64,000 nt of DNA from Mobula hypostoma. Taxonomy: Eukaryota. Below the pieces are notes generated by a model. The model searched no databases. It worked only from the letters and a program-made list of their open reading frames with translations, and was not told the DNA's origin. Each line of letters opens with the position of its first letter. The first letter of the stretch is position 1. Below, in pieces: positions 1 through 12,589 of this stretch. Both the position numbers and the translations under genes were made by a program. Where the stretch lies: assembly GCF_963921235.1 (NCBI RefSeq), contig NC_086097.1, positions 4,092,001 to 4,156,000 on the forward strand, given 5' to 3'.

Positions 1-1020
1 TCCCTGTCTCTTCAGTTCCAAGTATGACATTTTTCTCACCCTCTTTATTTCCTCCTACTTTTTCATTGTGTGCTTCTGATAATAGTAGGATTTCTGCCAC
101 AAAACAACAGTTTCTGATGACATATGCCAGTGATAGTAAAACTGATTCTGAGTCTGATTTGTAGACGGAGATCTAAAATGTAAAATCTGAGCACTATTTA
201 CTATTAAAGAATAATATGTTTAAGGTATCACTGCAGACATAATATAGGCAACAGTTACTAGTAATGGGGCTTTTTTTAACCATTCAGGCACTGGAACAAT
301 GTTAGAAATTCTAATTTTATAAAATAGGTCATTTGCTGTATTAACCTTGCCTCCCATGCATATCTTTTTTCCATGAATGATCTTGTCCTCAGAAACAGCC
401 ATGAAAAGTAATAATAAACTACTTAAAAAATTATTGCTGGTGGATTACAGGGATCAGTGCTTCCTGATTATTATTTCACATATCTGACTCTCATATTAGT
501 GTTTAATGCAGTTGACTCATTTTTCCCTTGAGTTTTGATACTTAAGACTTTTGGTTGAATTCAAAGGGAGTATTGGAAGTGGAAAATATTTATAATATTG
601 TAACTGCTGTTATTTTACTGTGACTGACCATCATAGCAGAAAGTCCTTTGTTAATTATTGAACTTATTTAGAAGTCTAGCCTCTATGTTGATCATATTTA
701 AGACACAAAAGCTGAAAAGATACCACATCACTAAACCTTTTCTAAGACTTTTAAAAATGTCTATCATAGAAGGCATTTTTATTACATCACAGAGAGGATT
801 TCGGAATGTGGTATCTTTTCAGTTTTTGTACTTTATAGTTCACTGCAGTAGTTAGCTATTTTTTTCGCATGGGATTGAAGCCAAATGGCTTTAATCTACA
901 TGCAGATTAGCAGGTGCCAAATGCTATTTTAACCATGCACAGTGAATCTCAAATTTCCTATCAAATCAGGTTGTCCTGCATTAATTTTAATTTCAAAATT
1001 CAGATTTACTAGAAATCGTG

Positions 1021-1590
1021 TGAATTGAGTCAAGAACACCAGCACAGATTTGTTAAAGGCAAATCATATCTAACTAAATTATTTGATGAAAATATTTTGA
1101 TGAATTAGCAAGAGAGGATTGACAGGGGAAATGCAACTGATATGGTATACATGGACTTCCAAAAGACATTTGATGAGTTGTCATGTGGTAGGTGCGTCAT
1201 AATGATTGAATACAATGAATTCAAAAGGGGGTGCAGCAATATGAGTAGGAAATGGGGTAGGAACCATCAGGCTCCTGAACCAAAGGGGATAACTTCATAC
1301 AACTTCACTTGCCTCATCATTGAAATGTTCCCAGAACTAATGGACTCACTTTCAAGGACTCTTCATCTCATGTTCTTTATAGTTATTGGTTATTGATTTA
1401 TTATTATTATTATTTCTTTCTTTTTGTATTTGCACCCTTGTCAAATGCCCAGTCTGCGTGTTCTTTCATTGATTCGGTAATGGTTATATTTTATTATGAA
1501 TTTATTGAGTATGCCCACAAGAAAATGAGTCTCAGAGTTGTATATGGTGACATATATGTACTTTGATAATAAACTTACTTTGAACTTTGA
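1021..1590 (+). mobile_element. Ancient CR1 RT fragment followed by a LINE 3'-tail repeat ending ACTTTGAACTTTGA
   Basis: VYMDFQKTFD motif; the 1261-1590 tail recurs at ~23577-23950 (-) and ~57800-58088 (+). Confidence 0.65.
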
Positions 1591-1734
1591 AATTAGTCAT
1601 TTAACAGAAACATGTGCTTATAGTAGAGTAGAATTGCATACTAATTGTATAGTAGAATGCCACAGGGTCAGTTTTAGGACAACTACATTTCTTATGCATA
1701 CCAATAACTAGGACTGACATACAAAAGTTGTTCC

Positions 1735-1962
1735 TACAGATTGGGAGAATAGGCAAATAGATGGCAGAAAAGAAAGTATGGTTATGCACTTTGGTAGAAG
1801 GAATAAAGGCACACACTATTTTCTAATCTGGAAGAAAATTCAAAAATCAGAGTTGCAAAGAGACTTGGGAGTCTTTGTGCATGATTCCCTGAAGGTTAAC
1901 TTGCAGGATGGGTTGTGGTAAGGAAGGCAAATGCAATGTTAGCATTCATTTCGAGAGGGCTA
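1735..1962 (+). mobile_element. CR1 fragment (outer element; continues 9050-9610)
   Basis: ...MHFGRRNK...QRDLGV...AFISRG coding sequence, resuming TAAGGCATTGGTCAGACCACAC at 9051. Confidence 0.75.
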
Positions 1963-1965
1963 AAA

Positions 1966-2599
1966 ACCATAAGAATATGGAGCAGAAGTAGGCCATTTGG
2001 CCCATCGTGTCTTCTCCACCATTTCATCATGCCTGATCCGGTTTTCGTATAGCCCCAATCTCCTGTCTTCTCCAAGTATCCCTTCATACCCTGACCAATC
2101 AAGAATCTATTAATCTCTGCCTTAAATGTACAGTACTTAAAGACTTGGCCTCCACAGCTGCTTGAGGCAAAGAGTTCCACAGATTCACCACTCTCTAGCT
2201 AAAGAAATTCCTCCTCATCTCCCTTCAGAAAGGATGCCCCTCTATTCTGAGGTTGTGTCCTCTGGTCTTAGACTCTCCCTCCATAGGAAACATCCTCTCC
2301 ACATCCACTCTATCAAGGCCTTTCACTATTCAATAGGTTTCAATAAGGTTACCTCTCATTCTTCTGAATTTCAATGAATACAGACCCAGAGCCATCAAAT
2401 GCTCTTCATATGACAAGCTATTCAATCCTGGACATATTTTCGTGAACATCCTTTGAACACTCTCCAGTTTCAGCATATCCTTTCTATGATAAGGAGCCCA
2501 AAACTGTTCACAAGTGAAGCTTCACCAGTGCTTTATAAAGCCTCAACATTACATCCTTACATTTATATTTTAGCCCTCTTGAAATGAATGCTAATATTG
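1966..2599 (-). mobile_element. CR1 3' part (continues at 6915)
   Basis: CR1 3' end; breaks at GAAATGAATGCTAATATTG and resumes CATTTGCCTTCC at ~6916. Confidence 0.85.
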
Positions 2600-2600
2600 A

Positions 2601-5600
2601 CCATAAGACATAGGAGCAGAATTAGGCCATCTGGCCCATAGAGCCTGCTCCGCCATTCAATCACAGCCTACCATTTTTTTTTACCTCCTCCTCAACCTCA
2701 GTTCCCGGCCTTTTCCCTGTAACCTTTGATACCATGTCCAATCAAGAACCTATCAAGCTCTGCCTTAAGTATACCCAATGGCCTGGCCTGCACAGCTGCA
2801 CATGGCAACAAATTCCACAAATTCACCACCCTTTGGCAAAAGAAATTTCTCTGCATCTCTGTTTTGAAAGGGCACCCCTCTATCCTGAGGCTGAGACCTC
2901 TTGTCCTTGACTCGCCCACCATGGGAAACATCCTTCCCACATCTACTCTGTCTAGGCCTTTCAAAATTTGAAAAGTTTCAATGAGATCACCCCTCATCCT
3001 TCTGAATTTAGGCAAGTACAGACCCAGAGCCATCAAATGTTCCTTGTATGATCATCCTTTCATTCCTGGAATCATCCTTGTGAAGCTTCTCTGGACCCAC
3101 TCCAATGTCAGTACACTTTTTCGAAGATGAGGGGCCCAAAACTGTTCACAATACTCAAGTTGAGGCCTCACCAGTGCCTTATAAAGCCTCAGCATTACAT
3201 CCTTGCTCTTGTATTCTAGATCTCCTGAAATGAATGCTAACATTGTATTTGCCTTCCACACCACTGACTCAATCTGCAAATCAACCTTTAGGGTGTTCTG
3301 CACAAAGACTCCCAAGTCCCTTTGCATCTCAGATTATTGGATTTTCTCCCTGTTTAGAAAATAGTCTGCACATTTACTTCTACTACTACAGTGCATGACC
3401 ATGCATTTTCCAACATTGTATTTCAATTGCCACTTTCTTGCTCATTCTTCTAATCTGTCTAAGTCCTTCTGCATCTTACCTGTTTCCTCAGTACTACTTG
3501 CCCCTCCACCAATCTTTGTATCATCTGCAAACTTAGCAACAAGGCCATCTATTCCACCATCTATTCCATCATCTAAATCATTTATATACTGCATAAAAAG
3601 AAGTAGTTCCAATACTGACCCCTGCGGAACTCCACTAGTCACTGGCAGCCAACCAGAAAAGAATCCTTTTATTCCCACTTGCTGCTTCCTACAAATCAGA
3701 CAATGCTCTAACCGTGTTAGTAACTTTCCTGTAATACCGTGGGCTCTTAACTTGGTAAGCAGCCTCATGTGTGGCATCTTGTCAAAGGCCTTCTGAAAGT
3801 CCAAATACACAACATCCACTGCATCCCCTTTATCTATCCTACTTGTAATCCCCTCAAAGAATTCTAACAGGTTTGTTAGGCAAGATTTTCCCTTAAGGAA
3901 ACCATGCTGACTTTGTCCCATCTTGTCCTATGATACCAAATATTCCATAACCTCATCCTTAACAACTGAGTCCAACACCTTCCCAACAACTGAGGTCAGG
4001 CTAACTGGTCTATAATTTCCTTTCTGCTGCCTTCCTCCTTTCTTAAAGAGTGGAGTGACATTTGCAATTTTCCAGTCCTCTGGCACCATGCCAGAGTCCA
4101 ATAATTTTTGAAAGATCATTTCTAATGCCACCACAATCTCTACCGCCATCTCTTTCAGAACCCTAGGGTGCTTAAGGTAAAAGAACCATTAGAAACCAGT
4201 TCATCCGGTTCAGGTGACCTATGTACCTTTAGGTCTTTTTAGCTTTCTGAGCACCTTCTCCCTTGTAACAGTAACTGCACTCACTTCTCTTCTTTCACAC
4301 ACTACAACATCAGGCATACTTCTAGCATCTTCCACAGTGAAGATTGATGCAAAATGCCAGAGTCCAATGATTTTTGAAAGATCATTACTAATAATTCCAC
4401 AATCTCTACCGCTACCTCTTTCAGAACCCTAAGGTGCAGTTCATCTGGTCCAGATCACTTATGAGTAACTGCACTCACTTCTCTTTCCTCATACCCTTCA
4501 ACACCTGGCGCACTGCTGGTATCTTCCACAGTGAAGACTGATACAAAATACTCATTTAGTTCATCAGCCATCTCCTTGACGCCCGTTATTATTTCTCCTG
4601 CCTCATTTTCTAGCGGTCCTTTATTTACTCTCATTTCTCTTTTATTTTTAACATACTTGAAAAAACTTTTATTATCCACTTTGATATTATTTTCTAGCTT
4701 GTTTTCATATTTCATTGTTTCCTTTCTGATGATTTTTTGCTCTCTGTAGGTTTTTGAAAACTTCCCAATCCTCTATCTTCCCACTAATTTTTGCTTTGCT
4801 GTACACCCTTTCTTTTGCTTGTACAATAGCTTTGACTTCCCTTGTCACCATGGTTGTACTGTTTTACCATTTGAGTATTTCTTCATTTTTGGAATATACA
4901 TGTCCTGCACCTTCCTTATTTTTCCCAGAAAAGCACGTCGTTGCTGCTCTGCGGATATTCCTGCCAGCAGCTCCTTCCAATCTACTTTGGCCAACTCCTT
5001 TCTCATACCAATGTAATTTCCCTTACTCCACTGAAATACTGCTACATCAGACTTTACTTTGCCCCTATCAAATTTCAAGTTGAACTCAATCTCATTGTGA
5101 TCACTGGTTTCTAATGGTTCTTTTACCTTAAGCTCCCTAATCGCCCCCTGTTCATTACATGACACCCATTCCAGTATAGCTGATCCCCTAGTAGGCTCAA
5201 CAACAAACTGCTCTAAAAAGCTATCTCTTAGGCATTCAACAAACTCACTCTCTTGGGATCCATTACCAACCTGATTTTCCCGTTCAACCTGCATGTTAAA
5301 ATCTCCCTTGACTACCATAATGTTGCCCTTTTGACACGCCTTTTCTATTTCCTGTTGTAATCCGTGGTCCACCTCCCAGACACTGTTGGGAGGCCTGTAT
5401 ATAACTGCCATCAATGTCCTTTTACCCTTGCAGTTTCTTAACTCAAACCACAAGGATTCAACATCTTCTGATCCTATGTCACATCTTTCTACTGATTTGT
5501 TGCCATTTATTACCAGTATAGCTACACCACACCCTCTGCCTACCTTCCTATCCCTCCAATTTAACGTGTAACCTTGGACGTTCAGCTCCCAATTACAACC

Positions 5601-6912
5601 ATCCCTCAGCCACGATTCCGTGATGGCCACAACATCATACCTGGCAATCCTTAATAGTGCAATAAGATCATCTACCTTATTTCTTATGCTACACGTATTT
5701 AGATACAACACCTTGAGTACTGTATTTGCTATCCTTCCTGATTCTGCATCCCTAATGTTTTGATACTCAGCCTGTTGGCTGCAACCAAGCCCTATCACCT
5801 GCCTGCCCTTCTTGACAGTCTGACTGCATGCTATCTTTACTTTTTTACTATCCGTCCTATGTTGAGTCCCTTCCCACCCCCCACTATCAAATTAATTTAA
5901 CCCCCCCCCCAACAGCTCAAACAAACCAGCCCGTGAGAATATTGATCTCCCTCGGATTCAGGTGCAACCAGTCACTTTTGAACAGGTGATACCTCTCTCA
6001 GAAGAGATCCCAATGATCCCAAGAGAACCCGAAGCCCTGCCCCCTGCACCTGCTTCTCAGCCACACATTTATATGCCAAATCATCCTGTTTCTACCCTTA
6101 CTGGAGCATGGCACCGGCAACAATCCAGAAATTACTATCCAGGAGGTCCTGCTTCTCACCTTTGTACCTAGCTCTCTAATTTCTTTTTTCAGGACGTCAT
6201 TACTTTTCCATCCTATGTCATTGGTACCAATATGTACCAGGAGATCTGGCTGTTCCCCCTCCCTCTCCAAAATGTTGTGGATGTGATCTGAGACATCCCT
6301 GACCCTGGCACCTGGGAGGCAACATACCATCCGGGTGTCCTGTTCACGTCCACAGGATCTCCTGTCTGTTCCCCTCACTATTGAGTCCCCTATCACTACC
6401 ACTCCCTTCTTCTCTCTCTTTCCCTTCTGCACCACGGACCCATTCTCAGTGCCCGTAACCCGGTTGCCGTGGCATTCTCCCGGGAGGTCATCCCCCACAA
6501 AAGTATCCAAAGCGGTATACTTGTTTTTGAGGGGGACGTCCACAGGGGTGCTCTGCTGTAACTGCCTATTTCCATTTCTCCTGATGCTCACCCAGCCACT
6601 CTCCTCCTGCAACTTTGAGGTAACTACTTCCGTGTAACTTTGATCAATTATCTCCTCGCTCTCCCATACAAGCCAAAGGTTATCCGGTTGCTGCTCCAGA
6701 TCCCTAACATGGTCTTCAGGAAGCTGCAACCGGATGCACTCCAACATCCAGCACGATGAACACACCACAGCCATTTAAATGATACAGTAAGAGAGGAAAA
6801 AACGATAAAAAAAGAAACCTTAACAGACCCTTTACACAGAGCTGATGCCTCTTCAGAGCCAAAACCTGTTGCTTCTACTCTCGCCACTAGCCTACTCCCG
6901 ACAGTGGCTGCT
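2601..6912 (-). mobile_element. Near full-length CR1 LINE (ORF1 zinc finger + SGNH esterase; ORF2 APE + RT), inactivated
   Basis: ORF1 5998-6774 (CSSC, VIGDS, LPGA, HIGTND); APE 4845-5798 (ITESWL, IYRPP, GDFN, SDH); RT fragments QHGF, LDFQKAFD, GVPQGS, FADD; 3' tail near 2601. Confidence 0.93.
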
Positions 6913-6914
6913 CT

Positions 6915-9049
6915 GCATTTGCCTTCCTCACCACAGACTCAACCTGCAAATAACCTTTAGGGAATCCTGGACAAGGACTCCCTCATCCCTTTGCACCTCA
7001 AATTTTTGTATTTTCTCTCCATTTAGAAAACAGTCAACCCTTTCCTTTCTTCTACCAAAGTGCATGACCATAAACTTCTGACACTGTATTCCATCTGCCA
7101 TTTCTTTGCCCATTCTCCTAATCTGTCTGTCCTTCTATAGCCTCTCTTCTTCCTCAAAACTACCTGCCCCTCTACCTATCATTATGTTGTATGCAAACTT
7201 TGCAGCAAAGCCATCAATTCCATTATCTAAATCATTGACATATAACATAAAAGAATTGCTCCCAACATAGACCCTTGTGGAACACCACTAGTCACCAGCA
7301 GCCAGTCAAAAAAGGCTCTCTTTATTCCCACCCTTTGCCTCCTGCCAATCAGCCACTGCTTCATCCATGCTAGAATCTTTCCTATAATACCGTGGGCTTG
7401 TAGTTTGTTAAGCAGCCTCATGTGTAGCACCTTGTCAAAGGCCTTCTGAAAATCCAAGTACATAACGTGAACCGATTCGCCTTCGTCTATCCTGCTTGTT
7501 CCTTCTGCAAAGAATTCCAACAAATTTGTCAGGCAAGATATTCCCTTGAGGAAACCATGCTGACTATGGCCTATTTTATCATGTGCCTCCAAGTACCCTG
7601 AGCCCTTATCCTTAATAATCGACTCTTAACATCTTTCCAGATACTGAGGTCAGGCTAACTGGCCTATAGATTGTTTTCTTCTGCCTCTCTCCTTTCTTTT
7701 CAGTCTTTCCAGTCTTCTGGCACCATGCCAGAGTCTAATGATTTTATGAAAGATCATTACTAATGCCTCCACAATTTCTTCAGCCACCTTCTGCAGAGCA
7801 AAGGAGTGTACACAATCTGGTCCAAGTGACTTATCTACCTTCAGACCTTTCAGTTTCCCAAGAACCTTCTCCCAAGTAATGGTAACTTTACACACTTTAT
7901 GACACCTGACACCAGGAACTTTCACTATACTGCTAGTGCCTTCCACATTGAGGATGGATGCTTTCTTCTGCCTTTCTCCTTTCTTGAATAGTGGAGTGAC
8001 ATTTGCAATTTTCCAGTCTTTCGGAACCATTCCAGAATCTAGTGATTCTTGAAACATCATTACTCAGGCCTCCATGATCTCTTCAGCCTCCTCTTTCAGA
8101 ACTTTGGGGTGTCCACCATCTGATTCAGATGACTTATCTACCTTCAGACCTCTTAGTTTTCTAAGAACCTTCTCTGTGGCTATGTCAACTTCACATACAT
8201 CCTGCTCCCTGACACCTGGAACTTACCCCTTACCTGACCTCTGTGACTTTCCTCTGTTAGGTTATCCCCCTGACAGTATCCAAAGTGATACACCTGTTGT
8301 TGAGGGGGATGGCCCCCACGCGTACTCTGCACTGGCTCCTTAACCCCTTTCCCTTCCTGTCACCCATTTCTTGTGTTACATGCACCTTGCATGTAACTAA
8401 CTCTCTGTGTGTCCTATCTATTACCCCTTCAGCTTCCTGAATGATCCAGAGTTCATCCATTTCCAGCACCAACTCCTTAATATGGTTTGTTAGGAGCTGC
8501 AGCTGAATGTGCTTCTCGCAGCTGTAGTCATCAGGGACACTGGAGGTCTCCCTACCTTCCCACATCCTGCAAGAGGAGCACTTCGCTATCCGACCTGTCA
8601 TCCCTACTGTCCTAGCTGAGTGGATATAAAGAAGAGAAGGAAAAATCTTGAGCTTTTTTCCCCTTTGCTTTCTCTGAATGAAGCCTCTCTTCGCTGAAGC
8701 CTCGAAGAGCTAAAGCCTTAAGATCACCACTCTATGTCCACTCAGACGGCAGCTACTGCACTTGTCCCTGTCTTCCTTTAATTTGCTTTTACTAATCAAT
8801 CCCAAATGCCAATTGCTCGCTGGTCAAAGCTCTATTATGCTGCCACGACCTGCTCCTGCCTTTTATCCTCCAGCAGTGGACCTGGTTGAAGCCCCTCCTC
8901 TCCAAACTCCCGATGTCTGGATTGGCCATTGGTCAAAGTTCAATTACTCAGCCACAAACTGCTCCTGCCTTTTCTTCTTGGCAGTTGACCTAGTTGAAGT
9001 CCGCTCCTCTCCAAATTTCCGATGTCTGGATTGGCCGCTGAGCAAAGCT
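6915..9049 (-). mobile_element. CR1 5' part: RT, duplicated linker, large deletion, ORF1 N-terminus, 5' UTR
   Basis: RT ORFs 7227-7592 and 7650-8060; ORF1 N-terminus CSSCRMWE at 8257-8601. Confidence 0.85.
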
Positions 9050-9610
9050 CTAAGGCATTGGTCAGACCACACTTGGAACATTGTGAGCAGTTTTGGGCCC
9101 CTTACCTAAGAAAGGATGTGCTGGCTTTGGAGAGATTTAACAAGAATGATCCCGGGAATGAAAGGGTTAACATGTGAGGAGGCTTGATGGCTCTAGGTCT
9201 GTACTCAGTGGATTTTAGAAGAATGAGAGGGGATCTCATTGAAACCTATTGAATATTGAAAGGCCTAGATAGAGTGAATGTGGAGTGGATGTTTCCTATA
9301 GTGGGGGGAGTCTAAGACCAGAGGGCACAGTCCTAGAATAGAGGGACATGAATTTAAAACAGAGGTGAGGAAGAATTCCTTTTGCCTGAGGTTGATGAAT
9401 CAGTGGAATTCATTTTCACAGACGGCTGTTGTAAATTGGGTATATTTAAAGTGGAGGTTTGATAGGTTCTTCACTGTTCAGGGCATCAAAGGTTACAGGG
9501 AGAAGGCAGGAGAATGGGATTGAGAGGGATAATAAATCAGCCATGATGGAATGGTGGAGCAGATTCGATGGACCAAATGGCCTGATTCTGCTCCCATGTC
9601 TTATGTCTTA
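9050..9610 (+). mobile_element. CR1 3' end
   Basis: RT C-terminal region and TCTTATG-type tail. Confidence 0.85.
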
Positions 9611-9944
9611 TATGTAAATTTGACACACCTTGGAAGTATGCAGAGGATACTAACTGAGTGAATAGGCGGCGGAAGATATTTAATGCTGACACATAAGATG
9701 TTAAATTTTTGATACAAAGACTGAAATGAAGCAATATAAACCTGAATGCACAAATGTAGAAGAGTTGCAAGGACAGAAAGATTTGAGGTAGATACGCATC
9801 ATTCATTGAAAGTGGCAGGGCAGGTTAAGGAAGTTCTTATCTTTTATAAGAAAGGATATTGCAAGAGCAAATATCACAATTGATCTTTAATACAGTACTC
9901 TATCTACAACTAGAGTTTTGGATACAGTTTTAGGATCTACTTTT

Positions 9945-10645
9945 TGGAAAAGATGGAAATGGGGTGGGACAGGAGGAGAAGACGCAGCGCGCACGGCCTT
10001 TCCGATGAAATGATATCATATTTGTTAAATAGGGGCCATGCACAATTCTGATTTGATGGAGATAGACGTGAGAAGCATGGAGGAACACCTGGAGAAACTT
10101 CTGAAATGCCCGGTTCGCTGCCGCTGCTACTGTGCGATTGAGAATCTCCAGAGGGAAGGCCCCAAATCCTTGGCTTTTCCTGTTGCTGGCAGCCGGGGCT
10201 GGGGTCGAAGCACTCAGCAGAGATGGTGCTCTGTGCTCGGTGTCGGAGGCTCGAAGTTTTCGGACGACTCAGAGTCGGACTGTGGTCGGGTGCTTCCAGG
10301 ATGCTGCATTGGCAAGTTTGCGGCACTGGAAGCTCATGGCAGGAAGAGAGTTTTCTTCCTTCTCCCGTCTGCGTGAGATGATGGGACTTTCGAGAGACTT
10401 TGAACTTTTTTTTTACCATGCCCATGGCCTGTTCTTCATCAAGTTACGGTATTGCTTGCACTGTTGTAACTATAAGTTATAATTATGTGGTTTTTGTCAG
10501 TTTTTCAGTCTTGGTCTGTCTTGTGTTTCTGTGATATCACACCGGAGGAACATTGTATCATTTCTTAATGCATGCATTACTAAATGACAATAAAAGAGGA
10601 TTGAGTGTCCTCATAATGTAATATAATCTAATCTAATCTCATCTA
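9945..10645 (+). mobile_element. Non-autonomous ~0.7-kb retroelement with CpG-rich body and (TAATC)n tail
   Basis: Related copy on the minus strand at ~44866-45530; Rex1-type AATGACAATAAA end and tail. Confidence 0.7.
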
Positions 10646-10834
10646 AATGCTTTGGATTAATTGAAGAGATTGCAGATTTGTGGGTCTTTCTTTGTACATA
10701 GAATTGTGCAACTGAGGAAATCATCAGGAAATCTGACAGATGTACTTCAATCATAAAGGGTACAGTTAGAGTAAATGGTTAGAAATGGTTTCCATTAATA
10801 ATGAGGTCAAGAAATAAGTTTCACAGATGGAAAG

Positions 10835-11357
10835 TCTTTTTAGGCTTCTGTTGGTCAGGGTCGACCCTGGATGTTGCATCCTAGCTGTCTAGTGAAGTCA
10901 ATTCACAAGCCAGGGCAGTACGGTATGGAGAGCAAGCTGTTACCCATGCAGCAGGTTTCCCCTCTTCATGCAGTTGATGAATCCAAAGGAACAGCAGAGA
11001 CTGATATGGTTTGGCAACAGCAGCGTCACAGGAGTTGCTAGTCAGCATTGTAGGACTGCCTTAGGGACTCCAGCTTCAGATTTTTCCCTCGGGGTTACTC
11101 CTGAAGCCTTCCCCATGAGTGGGTACAGCTGCAAGGCAGCAGAGTTTTGAGATCAGAGTTTTCCTTCTTCTTGATGAGCTGCCAACCACGGCTGATGAGC
11201 CCCAACTGCCTGAAATGACTGGTTTTAGGGTTTCAGTGAAGGCCAGGATGTAGACTCGGTTGTCAGAGGCTATTTGAGGCACACATTATTGGGAATATTT
11301 ATAGGTAGCGGGATCTTATCCCCATTCCCACCCCCGGCTATAACAACCTTAATGAAC
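10835..11357 (-). mobile_element. Short interspersed element, possibly RTE-related
   Basis: Flanked by CACAGATGGAAAG / CACAGATGAAAAG (probable TSD) within a decayed CR1; its 3' part resembles the SINE tails at 35196-35507 and 38197-38506. Confidence 0.5.
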
Positions 11358-12104
11358 CACAGATGAAAAGAGTTTGGCAAAAAAATCTGAAAGGCACATG
11401 AGGACAAACTTTTGTTTTGTGCAAGGTGAGTTGAAGGTTTGGAATTGCTCTTTTATTAGTTATTTAATTTCTTTTATTCTTAGTTTTATGGACATAGGAA
11501 TCCATCTGTGTTCTAAACTGTCTGGAGTAATAGTACATGCATGTTCAGCTGCAGCATTCGAAAGAGATCTGCATAAGGGTCTGAAAGGGAAAAAGATTGC
11601 AAGGTTATGGAAGAGAGGACGTGTGAATGGGACTTAATTTTTCTCAGATAAAAGCAATAATATTTCAGCAGTCTGCATGGCTACTTTCTATGCTGTAACA
11701 GTTGTGGTTAGATGCTTAGACCACTTGGAATGTTTTTGTACCTATGAAAATGTTTATGGTCCACTTGAAACCTGTAACAATTATCTTACCTGCTTCCTAA
11801 GTTGAAATAGGTTCATTTCCCAATTAAGTAGGACACTCATGTCATCTGTTGCATCACCCATTGCTTCCTTGGGATTTTTGCATTCTACTAATTTTTCTTC
11901 AATTTCCCTGAGGAGACACCCAATTAAAATCATATTAAATCCTGCAAAGCATGCTTGACTTAAGCTCTTATATGTCCTAATTATTTTTCTTAGTTTTATG
12001 GACATAGTAATCCATTAAGGCAGAAACTCTCTGCAAAAAAGATTAGGGTAGCCTTCCTTCTCCCTTCAACACTATAGTATACAAGAAGACAACAAAAGTG
12101 GTAG

Positions 12105-12389
12105 TTCAAGCAACACACATCAAAGTTGCTGGTGAATGCAGCAGGCCAGGCAGCATCTCTAGAAAGAGGTACAGTCGACGTCTCGGGCCGAGACCCTGCA
12201 TCAGGACTAACTGAAAGAGCCAAATCTCTTACTAGCTCTTCTTTCAGTTGGTCCTGACGAAGGGTCTCGGCCCGAAACGTCGACTGTACCTCTTCCTAGA
12301 GATGTTGCCTGGCCTGCTGCGTTCACCAGCAACTTTTATGTGTGTTGCTTGAAATTCCAGCATCTGCAGATTTCCTCGTGTTTGCGTTT
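12105..12389. mobile_element. Inverted pair of Penelope terminal-repeat fragments
   Basis: ~12105-12225 is the reverse complement of part of ~12235-12389; same family as 28371-28800. Confidence 0.85.
12245..12286 (+). ncRNA. Minimal hammerhead ribozyme motif (best-preserved sense copy)
   Basis: GTC-CTGACGA(12254-12260)-AGGGTCTCGGCCC-GAAAC-GTC(12279-12281)-GAC. Confidence 0.7.
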
Positions 12390-12589
12390 TAAAAAATATG
12401 GTAATTCCATTGTTGTTTTGGTCCCCTTTGCCCCTGGAATAAGACTTTCTTCTCTGCAACTCATCTGCAATGCAGTTGGCATATAACAACTGCTCATTCC
12501 ACAATATGAACTTTGGCACCTGGAATGTTGTAGTTCTCAAGGACAATATCAAAAGTAATAGACCTGAACATGGCTCCGTTATCACAGGC

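Noticed and set aside
5998..6774. Host SGNH/GDSL lipase gene
   Set aside because: It is CR1 ORF1, directly upstream of APE-RT ORF2.
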